DNA from: an uncultured virus (IMG/VR IMGVR_UViG_3300001335_000606)
Lineage: Duplodnaviria; Heunggongvirae; Uroviricota; Caudoviricetes
IMG/VR virus record: IMGVR_UViG_3300001335_000606
DNA length: 64,000 nt
Strand: one strand, 5' to 3'
This document shows, in pieces, positions 29,267-41,620 of the stretch; positions within the stretch are counted from its first letter, which is position 1; each line of letters begins with the position of its first letter. Position numbers and translations under genes: made by a program. The notes beneath the pieces were generated by a model that made no database searches, was not told where the DNA came from, and was given only the letters and a program-made list of their open reading frames with translations.

Positions 29267-30169
29267 GTGGATAAGGATAAAGTTGAAGTTGTAAATCGAA
29301 ATACAAATAAGCGCTATGAAGTATCCAAAAATTATTACGATAGTCATAAAAATCAATATAAAATATTAAATCCTCCTAAAAAACAAAAAAGCTAGGTTTC
29401 TGGAAAGTTAAGTGGTGAAATTTCAAGCGCAGATTTGGATAGACAGATAAAGGCAACCATTAAGGATATAGAACTCCCTAAAAAAACTCTGTCACAGTTA
29501 ACGCAAATTCATCGTCAAAAAATATCTGCACAAATAGATAAATTGATAGAATTGGGAAAATAGGCAAAATAGAAAGGTTAGAATGCGTCAGATTATAATC
29601 TTTGTAATATAACAATTCCAGGGACAAACTTATACTGCCAAGGAAATAAAGGTATACCAAGGGATCAAATGCCCCAATTTAAAGGTAAACCTATTCCCAA
29701 GTCAAAAGCAGATGAACTCCCTAAAAATTAGAGCGGCTCAGTTGATACTTAGGAATTTTTTAAAAGAATGTTATAGAAAAAAGGAATTGAAATTTCTTAG
29801 CCAGTTTCAGTTCCTCCTGATAGGTTGAAAGCAACTCAATCATAGCTGGTTGGTGTTAAGGTTGCTGGAATGAGTAAAGTATTAGATGATCCTAAACATC
29901 CTGCATATTCAAAAATTACTGCCCCAATTTATGTTAGTAAAGATGGGTATGTATTAGATGGACATCATAGATGGGCTTCCATTATTGCTCATAATGCAAC
30001 AAATCCTAAGCATCAAATACCAATGAAAGTTCAAGTGATTGACCAGGATATAATACCACTAGTAAAAACCGCTAATGCCTTCGCAGAAAAAATGGGAATT
30101 AGATCTAAAAAAGCAAGTGCCGTAAAAGAAGCTAAAATACTTCTTAATTATTTATTAAAACAATATTAA
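29267..30169 (+). CDS. ParB/Sulfiredoxin-like domain protein
   Basis: GTG start; LKATQS*L; PIYVSKDGYVLDGHHRWA. Confidence 0.8.
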
Positions 30170-30172
30170 TTT

Positions 30173-30688
30173 ATGCTTTTGTGTTAGTATTGCCATAAAG
30201 AACATGATGGTTCCTATGGCTCTGGAAGATTTTGTAGCCCTTAGTGCGCTTCAAAATCTAGAATTAAGAATAGAAGAAAAACTATAACTAAAAAGAAGAG
30301 GTCAGGTCAGTATAAAAAATTCAATCCAAAGGTTTCCAAACTTTAGAAGAAGGTTTCTAGAATTTTGAGTAAACACGGTATTCAACATAAAGTACAAGAA
30401 CAGGTAGGTAAATATTATTTTGACATTAAAATTGGAAATATTTTAATAGAGGTAAATGGAGATTATTGGCATGCGAATCCAAAGTTTTATAGAGGGAATC
30501 AAATTATAAAGTATCCTGGACGTAGGAAGAAATTGGTTGCTAATATTTGGAAGAAAGATTTAAAGAAGATGTTGCAAGCAAGAAAAAAAGGATATCGTGT
30601 AATCTATCTATGGGAGAATGATATTAATAATTGGACGGAAGGTCAATTAATATAGAATTTACAAAGGAAAATATTAAATAAGGTATGA
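30173..30688 (+). CDS. Vsr/DUF559-like endonuclease with N-terminal Zn module (probable homing endonuclease)
   Basis: C*YCHKEHDGSYGSGRFCSP*C; YFDIK..ILIEVNGDYWH; YLWE. Confidence 0.8.
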
Positions 30689-31047
30689 TTAAATTATATT
30701 AGTAGGTTATTGCCACTCTTGCCGATACAATAAAAGTTAGAATGGCAATAGATAAAACAAAACATGCAAAGGAAAGGCAATCAAGAGATTAGTCTCGTTT
30801 TATAACTAATCAGGAAATAACTCAAGGAATTTAGTCTGCAGTAAAACTGATTGCACAAAACCTAATGTTAGACAATATAGATATTGGCAACTATGTTTGT
30901 ATTATTAACAAAAAATTTAAACCAGCATTGAATATTGTAGGTGTAATTAATAAAGTGGGTAACACTTTGGAATTTGTAGTAGTAACTATAATGCAAAAAG
31001 ATGGGTTTTACCCCAAGTCTGGAACATATAAATTTGAAATAAGATAA
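30685..31047 (+). CDS. Hypothetical protein
   Basis: ATGA overlap; TKHAKERQSR...VVVTIM. Confidence 0.65.
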
Positions 31048-31063
31048 TAGCGAGGAAATAAAC

Positions 31064-31246
31064 ATGAAATTAAAATCTTTAATAAAAGAAGCTAGAACTT
31101 ACAATATTTTGAAATATAAAAATGCAAAAAATCTTTATGATAAAACGATTGCTCAATGGAGAAGAGAATTTAGGAAAATGACAAATTAGTAGTTGTAGGC
31201 ATTTATGGAAGAAATTGCTTATTTTTCAAAGGATTATCTTAAATGA
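31064..31246 (+). CDS. Small hypothetical protein
   Basis: SD gagg; MKLKSLIKE leader. Confidence 0.65.
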
Positions 31247-31557
31247 GAAGATGTATAAGTTAGATACCTCATAGCTAGTATTTAAAAAATCAATCAAATG
31301 TTAAAGAAATGCAGAATATTTTGATTGATTTTAAATTTGAAATATTATTTAGGAATAATAAAGATTAGTATAAAAAATTCTTTAATGCATATAGATTTGG
31401 GAATGGGGTATATGCCAAATTAGATAATTTTTATATATTAATAACACCTAATAGGATTAAAAAGGTTTCTAGACCAGGGTCAAAAGATTTAGTTTTACCA
31501 GACAATTGGCATAAGGTTGCGAAAATTATTCCTGAAAGTAAGAGGAAAACACGATAA
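31243..31557 (+). CDS. Hypothetical protein
   Basis: ATGA overlap; open through TAG to TAA. Confidence 0.55.
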
Positions 31558-31784
31558 TGACCACCTCAATAGATTTAAAACAATATAAGAAACATAAATT
31601 TTCTCCATTATTTAGAATCATAATTGATGCGATGATAAAACGAACTGGTAACCAATTAGATGTGGTTCAAAAAGATTCTAGATTTTATCATGTAACTTGC
31701 CAGCATTATCCTTGGTTAATAATCAAAATCCCTGTTACTTTAATAGAAGAAAAAATGTTTAAAATAGGGGCTATATTACGATGA
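31557..31784 (+). CDS. Hypothetical protein
   Basis: Track ORF, translationally coupled at both ends. Confidence 0.6.
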   Translation: MTTSIDLKQYKKHKFSPLFRIIIDAMIKRTGNQLDVVQKDSRFYHVTCQHYPWLIIKIPVTLIEEKMFKIGAILR

Positions 31785-32215
31785 TAAAATTAGTAAAACT
31801 ACTTAACTAGGGTGCAGATTGGATTTTACTTAAGTCTATTAATAGAATGGTTCATGAGTACGATGGATTCTTTATGGACGCTAGAGATCCGCTTGGTGGG
31901 AATTAGATACCTTATGGTACTAAATAGTGGAAGAAATTATATAAAAAGTTGAGTCCCAAAGATAGAAAAACAGTAGACCAGTTGAATAAACAAAACCATT
32001 ATAACCGAATGCGGGAGGCTAAAATGACACAAAGTTCAAAATTAACCAACCCAGCACAACAATTAGAATATATTAAGGCATATGCCGCATTCGGTTATAT
32101 TTCAACAAATAGAGCATATCAAAGAATACAACAAGCTGAAAGATTATTTAAAACTAAACAATATGGCGAGTTGGACAATTTATATAAGGACGTATATAGC
32201 AGAGTGAAGGGGTAA
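31781..32215 (+). CDS. Hypothetical protein
   Basis: MIKLVKLLN* leader; includes track ORF 31949-32215. Confidence 0.7.
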
Positions 32216-32224
32216 GATACTATT

Positions 32225-32569
32225 ATGAAAAGAAAAACATTAAGAGGATTATTATCTTAGGGATCAAAAAAGAGAGGTTTAATCAAAGGCAAAGGAATTT
32301 ATGCTTAGCGGATTTCTTGCAATATTAAGTGGACAGCATAGTACGTTGATACAATAGGTTATTTGACAATAATTACCATAGAAAATTATGATGGGCCTAG
32401 AGAGGAAGAATTTAGACTTTTGTTGGAGCTAGAAGAACATCTAATTTCTTTAGGGTTTGCTACTTATAGAAATTGGAATAAAATTTAGATTACCGATCAA
32501 GAAAATTATCAAAAGGCTATCGCGTAGATATCAAAATTTGTGCGGAATTTTAAATTGTTCAAAGACTGA
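32225..32569 (+). CDS. Hypothetical protein
   Basis: MKRKTLRGLLS* leader; ends TGA. Confidence 0.65.
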
Positions 32570-32583
32570 GGAGTTAAATAACT

Positions 32584-33255
32584 ATGTATTACAAAGATAT
32601 ATTAGCAAAGGGTCTTTAGATTATAGCACAATTAAAGGCATTTCATTGGCAAACATCCAATAATGCTCAACATTAGTTATTAGGCACTTTATATTAGGAT
32701 TTTGATGAGTAGAATGACGAGTTGATGTAGGTTATTATGGGTAATTTGGGCAAAAGAATTGGTGTAGGATAGGGTGTTATACATTTACAAAATGTAACTA
32801 ATCTAAATCCAGAACAATATCTTTAGAGTTGTGCACAATTTTATTAGAGCGTATTACAGTTTTTTGATAATCAAACTGGAAATTCTGGAATCAACGATAT
32901 TTTGTATGATATTATCAATATGTTTAGAAAAGGTTTGTATCTAATAAGGCAAGAATCCAAAATGAAAAAAGGATAGATTGTCGAATGGATGCGAAAATCT
33001 GATGAATAGTTGATAACGGAATTGCTTAATAGAGAAAAGTCTACTCTAAAAGAAAGTTATAAGAGAAAATTTTAGTGGTTAGGATCCAGACGGGATTTTA
33101 AAAGAATTGTTGATGAAATTAGGCACTTAGATGATTAGTATATTTAGAAGATTGACTATAAGAAAATGGAAATTTTTACAACCGAAGGATTTAATCCTTC
33201 AACCGCATTAAATCACCGTAAAGATGCTTTGAATATAAGGGAATTTTATCATTGA
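32584..33255 (+). CDS. Dps/ferritin-like (DUF5856-type) protein with C-terminal extension
   Basis: QLKAFHWQTSNNAQH*LLGTLY*DFDE*NDELM*VIMG. Confidence 0.75.
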
Positions 33256-33268
33256 GGTATAAATAATT

Positions 33269-33676
33269 ATGATTAAAGAACATAAATTATTACTTAAATA
33301 TTTATTAAAAGAATGGAAAGGATAGAAAAAAATATTAGCTTAGGAATAGAAATTGGTAAGCAAAGGCTAGGTTCGTGGAACCTTTAAAAAGGTTTCCAAC
33401 TATGATTTTAATGTTTCTTGGAATCAGTATAGTGCTTCGGGTGAAAGAAATTTTTATTTCTAGATATATGTTCATGTGCCTAAACCTTCCCCTTTCTTTT
33501 CGGTCGGCTTTTTTGTCCAACAAAAATTGCAATAGAATTTGCAAAAATTAGGATATGATGCTTGGGTAAGGAAGAGTCATATAGATGTGGGCTAGGTTCG
33601 CAATCCTAGTAAATTTTTAAATGATTTAAAAAAAGTTATTCAAAAAACCATGTATATGGAATTAAATGGAGATTAA
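33269..33676 (+). CDS. Leader-family small protein
   Basis: MIKEHKLLLKYLLKEWK. Confidence 0.7.
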
Positions 33677-33681
33677 ATAAT

Positions 33682-34248
33682 ATGAAACATAATACAAAAA
33701 AAATGTCAAAAGAAAGAAAAATATTGCTCAATTACTTACTCAAGGAATATAAACAATCATTAAGATAGAAGTCAGATGATTAGCTAGCTAATGACATTTA
33801 GTCATACTTCAGGATGCAAAAATAGTTATAGGACAAAAGATCACTAATACAAGACCAGATTAACTAGATATAGGCAATGGACAAATCATTAGCAACACGT
33901 TTCAAAAAGATTCAAACCTATATGGAATCAAATGAGATTTCAGAGAAGAAAGTCAATGATTGGGTTGCAAGATTGAATACTGTTGCGAAATATAAACGAA
34001 TTACGCCAGATTATAAGCAAATGTGGAGTGAAGCTTTGAAGAAAGTTAATGAAGCAACAAGAAGAGTATTGGAGCAAATCAAAATTGCAAACGAATAGAC
34101 AAAGAGAGCTGCAACAAAGATTGAGTTGGAACTTGTTGAAGAAAATGTATTCGATGTAATCAAGTCACTTTTCACAAAGTTCGTTAGACTGTTCAAGGCA
34201 TTTGATAATTACAAGCGGGTGAGTGATTCACTTCCACGAATAAAATGA
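33682..34248 (+). CDS. Leader-family coiled-coil protein
   Basis: MSKERKILLNYLLKEYK at 33703; includes track ORF 33877-34098. Confidence 0.75.
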
Positions 34249-34259
34249 GAAACCCAAAG

Positions 34260-34703
34260 ATGACAAAATAGAAAAAAATATTGCTCAGTTATTTACTAAA
34301 ATAGTATAAAGAAAGTCTGAAGTAGGATGCTTGGCAAACAGAATATCAAAAAAACAAAACCGTATTTGATAGAGAGTTTAAGCATTTAACTGCAAAAATG
34401 AAATCAATTTTTGATAGAGCAAAGCTTGATGATATTTATTTTGATGCTCCTTATATTGATGATAAAGGAGAGAAAAACGGAATCGTTATTAGATGGGTTG
34501 TTGACTAGCCAAGATATTTTCGCCATCCATAGTAGATTAGACCACGCTCATATGGGCAAATGGGTACGGATAAAGAAGAGAATTACCGTAAGTGGCAACA
34601 AACTGAAAAACAAATTTAGGACTTGATAGTTAAGTTTGCCAAAAAGTATCGTAAGTTTGTATCCGGATGGAGCAGAAATGTTAGTGGTTACAATTGGATA
34701 TGA
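34260..34703 (+). CDS. Leader-family small protein
   Basis: MTK*KKILLSYLLK*YK. Confidence 0.75.
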
Positions 34704-34741
34704 AGCTCCAACTGATCAAATTAATAGGAGAAACAACATCA

Positions 34742-34966
34742 ATGACAAAATAGAAAAAAGTATTGCTTAATTATTTATTAAAGGAATATCTTCAATAGAG
34801 TAATGATGAACGAAAAGAATATGGTATTAGATGGTCTTAGTTTAACCGACAAGATAGATTAATAACAAAGCAAAAAATATTTTCATCTTAGAAACAATTA
34901 GATAGGTTTATTAAAAATTTATAGAAGAAGGATAACTTCAATAAAATATAGGCTTGGTTAGGCTAA
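34742..34966 (+). CDS. Leader-family small protein
   Basis: MTK*KKVLLNYLLKEYL; SD aggag. Confidence 0.75.
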
Positions 34967-35025
34967 TATAAATAATTAATTTATGAACGATCCTGTAAAC
35001 AGATAATAATAAGGAGTGAACTATC

Positions 35026-35334
35026 ATGACAAAATAGAAAAAAATATTGCTCAGTTACTTACTAAAGTAGTATAAGTAGGAAAAAATCTCTGAAGATATT
35101 ACACCATTCTATGGTTAGCCTCATGAAGATTAGAATTGGGTGTGGGTCATTTGGGTTGGTGAAACACATCAACCAAAGAATGTTAACAAACCGCCTGATT
35201 ATTGGTTTTCCACAAAACACTATGCCTAGCAGTTTAAAAGAAAAAACAATATTCAAGGATATGTTAGCTAGTATATGATAAGTGATGAATCACTTAGAAA
35301 AATCAAAAGACAACGAGGCAAGTGGATTAAATAA
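35026..35334 (+). CDS. Leader-family small protein
   Basis: MTK*KKILLSYLLK*YK; SD aaggag. Confidence 0.75.
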
Positions 35335-35378
35335 AAATACAACTAACATAGATGGCAAAACAGAATGAAGATTAAACT

Positions 35379-36029
35379 ATGAAAAACATCGGCTTAACTT
35401 TAGCAGTTTTAGCAGGTCTAATAATTGTTGGTATTGTAATAGGTTGGTTTTGGCATAAATCTACTTGTAAACCTACAATTATTGAACTACCTGGATAGAC
35501 TGTATAGGTAACACAATGGAAAACTAAAATTGTTACTGTTAAAGATACAATCTTTAAAGAAGTAACACAAATAATTTATCAAGATAGTTTGGTTTATGTT
35601 CATCCCATTGTAGATACTATTATCGATAATACATATTAGTATAAAAACTTTTTGGTATAGAACGGAATATAGACAAATGATTTAATTGCTTTTAAGGTTT
35701 AGACAAGTAATTAGATATAGGCGTTTGCTGATACACTATTTAACAATTCTTATCTAAATTTTAAAGAAAATGTAAGAATAAGAGATTTTGTCTATCAACC
35801 TGCTCCTATAGAAATAGATTTGGATCAAGGGACTAAGTTATTTCAATTGTATGGAAATGCATTATTGACTATGCAAGAAAATTAGTCATAGAATGTTATT
35901 GATTCAAGATATACCTTTACGCCATATTTGGGTGTTTCAGGAATTATTGCTGAACGCTATAAGGTTGATATTGGAGCATCGCTAAATTCATTTTATGGCG
36001 GAATCGGTATTAAATTTTTAGAATTTTAA
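35379..36029 (+). CDS. Membrane-anchored protein, candidate spanin
   Basis: N-terminal TM helix, DTI repeats, C-terminal amphipathic beta strands ending GIGIKFLEF. Confidence 0.5.
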
Positions 36030-36042
36030 AAGGAGTAAATAT

Positions 36043-36309
36043 ATGAAGATTTCATTAAAACAATTGTTAACATAGAGAATTGCTCCAGGAACCAAATTCA
36101 AAGTTTTAAGAAGTTTTAGAGGGATATTTAATTCTCATACTAGAAATCCCAGCGGAACAGGAAAAGAATTACCTAAGGGGTCAATTATAAAATATTAGAG
36201 TACTGCTCTGAATGGAAATACTTGGTTTATATATAAAAATGAAAGATTTTGTATGCATTTAATGTCGGTTGATGGGATGATTGAATATAAAATGATTAAG
36301 GAAGTATAA
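36043..36309 (+). CDS. Small hypothetical protein
   Basis: SD aggag; MKISLKQLLT* leader. Confidence 0.7.
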
Positions 36310-36325
36310 AGAGGGAAAATAAAAA

Positions 36326-36619
36326 ATGACAAAATAGAAAAAAGTATTGCTTAAATCATTATTAATGGAATATTGTAATGAAAAATTACTTAAATAGAAA
36401 GCTGATAAATTAGCAACTATTTATGTAAATGGAGATAAATGGTATCTTAGAATGATTGATTCAACACATGTTGCAATGTCAAATAAAGACAAGGATGCAC
36501 CATATAACAAAGGTTCAGCAATATATCATGTTGGCCAATTAAGAGGCGAATAGTATTATGATGATTTAATTAAATGGTTACATAATAAAAAGAATATTGA
36601 TGGCAACAAATATCATTAA
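36326..36619 (+). CDS. Leader-family small protein
   Basis: MTK*KKVLLKSLLMEY. Confidence 0.75.
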
Positions 36620-36645
36620 TAAAATTAAATATAAAGGATTAAAAG

Positions 36646-36933
36646 ATGGAAAAATTGATGAATTTAATAATGTAGAAACCACTGGGATATAAATAGTGGG
36701 CTTCATTTACAAAATAGATAGAAGCACTTGGTTTGGATGTGGATTAGAATAATAATGCACTTATTTATTTTGGCAAACTAAAACAAATGCCTTTGTCTTT
36801 ACGCCAAAAAATTAAATCTATTATGAAAAAATACAATCTTCGCCCGAAGGGTTGGTGGGTTGAAGATATTGAAACATAGCCTATTACGGGAAAACAAGCA
36901 GGGAATCCTATGACAATATTACAAATAAAATAA
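36646..36933 (+). CDS. Small hypothetical protein
   Basis: SD aagga; MEKLMNLIM* leader. Confidence 0.7.
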
Positions 36934-36949
36934 TATTGGGGAAATATGA

Positions 36950-37330
36950 ATGACAAAATAGAAGAATTTATTACTAAAGCAATTATTAAAGGAATATAGG
37001 CAATCATTGAAATAGGGATATGATTATAAAAAAGATATTACTCGTAAACACCTAAATGTTTTATAGCTTTGGAGAAGCAGACTTATTTCAACCGCAAGTA
37101 ATCTAGGCAATAAGCCTAAATTGGGTTTTGGCGATTTTTTTGGTTGGTATTCATAGCAGAAAGAAAAAAGAATTTATTAGGACTTAGTATAGAAATCAAA
37201 CAGACCCGATGATGCACAATGGTTTAAATAGACAAATTATGGCTGGAATTATATCTTAAGTGGTGATATAAACAGTAATAAAGCAAGAGTTTCATGGTTT
37301 GGGAAAATAATTAAGAAAAGGGGTGAATAA
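36950..37330 (+). CDS. Leader-family small protein
   Basis: MTK*KNLLLKQLLKEYR. Confidence 0.75.
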
Positions 37331-37333
37331 ATC

Positions 37334-37693
37334 ATGACAAAATAGAAGAAAATACTTCTTAAATACTTATTGAAATAGTGGAAAAAATAGAGATATTCAA
37401 TCAAGGAATCTAAAATTGATCTTAGAAAGATTAATCCTAAAGATTATCCATAGTATTTTGATTAGAATCTTAAGAAGGGATTAAAGAGGATCTTTCAGCT
37501 AGCACCATATAAAGTTTAGCTATAGGATGGAAAAATATATGTAGAAATTGCACCCAATCAGACGAAGATTGAAAAATTACAGTAGATTTTGGAGTACCTT
37601 TATGGATATTCCAGAATTGTTAAATATTATTAGGGTGCCGGTAGCAGAAGCAAAAATGCATATGGTATAATATATTTAAAGAAATCAAGGTGA
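37334..37693 (+). CDS. Leader-family small protein
   Basis: MTK*KKILLKYLLK*WK. Confidence 0.75.
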
Positions 37694-37712
37694 ATAAAGG
37701 AATTTTTACGAA

Positions 37713-38048
37713 ATGAAAAGATAGAAGAAATTATTGCTTAATAAGTTATTAAAATAGTATAAAGATTAGAAGGATTTATTGAATGAAAATTTAAGCAATG
37801 GTGATTTTAACAAATTAAACTCAATGATTGCAATGATTGAGAAAAAATTAAATGAATGTTTGTTGTTAATGGATCAGATGGATCGGATTACTCGAAATGA
37901 TCCAAATTGGAAGTTATAGCATAAAGGTTATACTAAATTTGTAATAAAAAATTAGATGAATCGTGAAGGTTGGCACAATTATAAACAAAATCTTAAAGAT
38001 TATTAGAGGGATAGGAAAAACTATACTTATCGTAATTATATTAGATAA
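37713..38048 (+). CDS. Leader-family small protein
   Basis: MKR*KKLLLNKLLK*YK. Confidence 0.75.
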
Positions 38049-38091
38049 TTCCTCTTAACAGAGGAGAATGCTAAAAAAATAAAGGAATTTT

Positions 38092-38652
38092 ATGAAAATG
38101 AAAAGATTAAATTAGAAAATAATACCAAAACAATATGATACAATTAAAGTAGATAAAAGTGTGCTTAGGAACTATGCTCGCAAACAAGGAGACCCTTTCG
38201 GAAAACACTGGTTACGAATTATAAACCAGATGTTAAAAAACAGTGGCAATGATACTCTTTATGTTTCTAGTGTTGATAAGGATATTGCATATGTTAGCGG
38301 CTGGAAGGGGGATGCTATATTAGGCACCGCTGAAATTCCATTAAGTGCTGTTAAATCTATAGTAAAGGAAAGCAAAGAAAAGAATATGAAAAGAGTAGAT
38401 TAGATAGCAAAAAGATTACCACCCAAAGACATTAAACCAGGCGATTATGTTGAATTATAGGGAAACAAAATCAAGAGGACTTTAAATGCACCTCAAATTT
38501 TGAAAATGATGAAACAAACTATGAATATCTTATATGTAAAAGCAATTGACCCACATGGGATGATGACACTTACACCTCATAGAAGTGTGTTAACTTCAAG
38601 GGTATTAGTACCAATAAGTATGGTAAGATATAAGTTAACAAATGTTGATTAA
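38092..38652 (+). CDS. Hypothetical protein
   Basis: SD aagga; includes track ORF 38161-38403. Confidence 0.7.
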
Positions 38653-38663
38653 TTGGAGGATAA

Positions 38664-39278
38664 ATGCCCGATAATAAAGTTAAATTTACTTTTGAAAATT
38701 TACAGAATATACTGTCTGAAGGAAGTGAATAGTTACTAAATTATTAGAACAAAGAGTTCCAAATTAAAACGCATAAAATAAAACCTAGAAACAAGATTTA
38801 CATGGATGAAAATGGTTAGCTATATACTAAAGAAAAGGGTTATAAACTTTCAAGATAGAAGTATGGTCTTATGCCCACCTTCTGTCCTGTTTGCCATAAA
38901 ATTATGGGAAAACATCCTTATGATAAATTGTTTTGGCGTATACATAAACGATGTACAAAATGTTCCGTAAAATTAGAACAGGAAATGAAATAGAATGGAA
39001 CATTCGATTAGTTTGCAATTAACTATATGAAGAATAAAATGGTTTCTACTTGCGATATGGCCATAGAATTTTATAAGGCATTAAAAGATTAGAACTCTAG
39101 ATCTGTGGTAATCAATGCTGATGGCGAATCATAGAAATGGGCGGTTGAAAATGCAGAGGAGTTTAACCAGATTGTTGATAAGGTCATAGGAGAAATTGAA
39201 GAATATCGAGATGGTGGTATTAAATATTTCGATGAAAAATTAAAGGAAACTTAGAATAATGAAAAAAAATTAGGATAA
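38664..39278 (+). CDS. Conserved Zn-binding phage protein
   Basis: MPTFCPVCHKIM...RCTKC; SD ggagg. Confidence 0.7.
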
Positions 39279-39567
39279 ATACAATAGTCATTAGAATAAA
39301 TACAATAGTCGTAAATTGATATTTGCCTTGTTAATATTTGCTTCATCTTTGGTTATTTTATTTTTAAAGATAAATGATGTAGAAAGTTTTTTGAATTTAT
39401 TTAAAGAATGGGTTTGGTTAGTTTTAGGTCTTTTTGCTGTATATACTGGCGGGAATATTAGCAGTAAGTATGTACACAAAAAGAACCCCCATAACCTGTA
39501 TCATGACACCGACTGGCAAAGTAATTATATAAGAGAGCACGGGGATCCTTACGAAGACGGTCTATAA
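39259..39567 (+). CDS. Holin-like membrane protein
   Basis: SRKL, two hydrophobic segments, YTGGN; two TAGs near the N-terminus. Confidence 0.55.
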
Positions 39568-39571
39568 TTTG

Positions 39572-41242
39572 ATGAATTCTAATTCCGTTAAAATCAATCC
39601 TAGGAATACTAAATTTTCTTAGACAAAAAAGGCAATGATGGCATAGTATAAAAGATGCTATCAATCACCTGTCTATTTTCTACGCAAATATGCTGTAATA
39701 CAACACCCTACCCGAGGTTCTATACCATTTGACCTTTATCCCTTTCAATAGGAAACATTAGAAGATTTCGTTAAACATCCTTGGAATATAATATTAAAAT
39801 CAAGACAATTAGGAATTTCAACTTTGGTTGCTGGATATGTTTTATGGTTATGCAATTTCCAAAGAGATAAATCAGTATTGATTATTGCAAATGTTCAAGA
39901 TGTTGCTATGAACATTATTAGAAAGATTAGGCACATGTATGGTTCTTTGCCTAGTTGGCTTAGAGAATAGCTTGTAACAGATAATAAGCAATCTTTATTT
40001 TGGAACAATGATTCTTGGGTAAAAGCTGCGTCTGCTAGTCCCAATGCTGGGGTTTCAGAAGCTTTATCTTTGCTAGTTTTTGATGAAGCAGCCGTATTAA
40101 ATTAGACATTAGCTTCTCAAATTTGGACATCTGCTCAACCCACACTATCTACTGGTGGAGATTGTATTATGTTATCAACCCCAAGAGGTATTGGATCTAC
40201 CTTCCATAGATTGTGGACAGAAGCTTAGTAGTGTAATAATAGATTTCACACTATAAAATTAAAATGGGATGTTCATCCTTAGAGAGATCAGGCTTGGAGA
40301 GAATAGCAAACTAAAACTTTGGGATAGAAATAGAGTGCAAGGTAGTGTGATTGCGACTTTGCTTCTTCAGGAGATAATGTTATTCCAGGTCATGTTTTGT
40401 CACAGTTGGAATCTTAGACAATCATGTAGCCTATTGAAAAAATGCATAATGAACAACTTTGGTTATTTAAATATCCTGAAGCTAATAAAGAATATATAAT
40501 TTCCGCTGATGTCGCAAGAGGTGATGGAAGTGATTTTAGTGCTTTTCAAATTATTTCAATTGATGACAATTAGCAGGTTGGGGAATTCAAAGGAAAGATA
40601 CCGACAAAAGATTATGGTCAGCTTATCGTTAGAATAGCTAAAATGTTTAATGAAGCATTTGTTGTTGTGTAGAATGCCTCAATTGGCTGGGCAGTACTGC
40701 AATAGATTATAAATCAAGAGTATAAGAATTTGTATTATCATAAAAAAGACTACAAATACATAGATATATAGTTACATTCAAAACAAAGAATGAATAAGAG
40801 ACAATAGTCTCAAAAAGATATCGTAGGATTTACTACTTCTAGCAGAACTCGACCTTTAATAATAGATAAAATGGTTGTTTCTTTGTAGTCTAAGTAGTTC
40901 ATTGTTCATTCTAAAAGATTGTTAAACTAGCTTTGGACATTTATTTGGTTAAATGGGAAACCAGAAGCTATGAAAAGTTACAATGATGACCTTGTTATGT
41001 CTTTAGCAATAGGATTATGGGTTCGTTATACATCATATATAGTAAAGCGTGAAGCACGTGCTTTTACCAAATTGAAATTGAATGTTATAGAAAGTGGTCT
41101 TCATAAAAAGCATCAAAGCTAGGAAAGAATCTCGACGGGTTTCTTCAATAATGCAAGTAATTATAATAGAAGTCGTAATATATTTCAAATTGGGTAGCAG
41201 GAAGTAGATTTGCACAAGTTTTATTTTCCAAAGAATAAATAA
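39572..41242 (+). CDS. terL: Terminase large subunit (T4 gp17-like)
   Basis: LKSRQLGIST, LLVFDEAA, LSTPRG, ADVARGDGSDFS, NDDLVMS. Confidence 0.95.
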
Positions 41243-41260
41243 TTAGGAGATTAAATACAT

Positions 41261-41617
41261 ATGAATAAAGAAAGAATTAAATTGTTGAATACATTATTGT
41301 CCGAATATTATGCGGAAGAAAAAGACAAAAAGAAGAAATTGAACTAGGCTAGAGATTATAAAGATCTGAAAATTTTCCCAGTAAGATATAATATTAGAGT
41401 TGGATTATATGGAGAATAGCAGGGGTATAAGTAGGGAACGGTATTAGTAGATTGTACCGATAGTTCAGCAATAGTTTCTCAATGGTTGGGCAAAGTTCTG
41501 GAAAAAGCTTTCGGCAGAAGCAATGTATAGCATGGTATGGCTGGCGAAATAATTACTACTTCAAAAAATGATCCAAGAATAATGGATAAAGTTATTAAAG
41601 TAATACAACAGGCATAA
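41261..41617 (+). CDS. Leader-family small protein
   Basis: MNKERIKLLNTLLSEY; SD aggag. Confidence 0.7.
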
Positions 41618-41620
41618 ATC

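Noticed and set aside
33269..38048. CRISPR array or integron att sites
   Set aside because: The repeats are protein-coding, degenerate at synonymous sites and hundreds of bases apart; no cas or integrase gene was seen.
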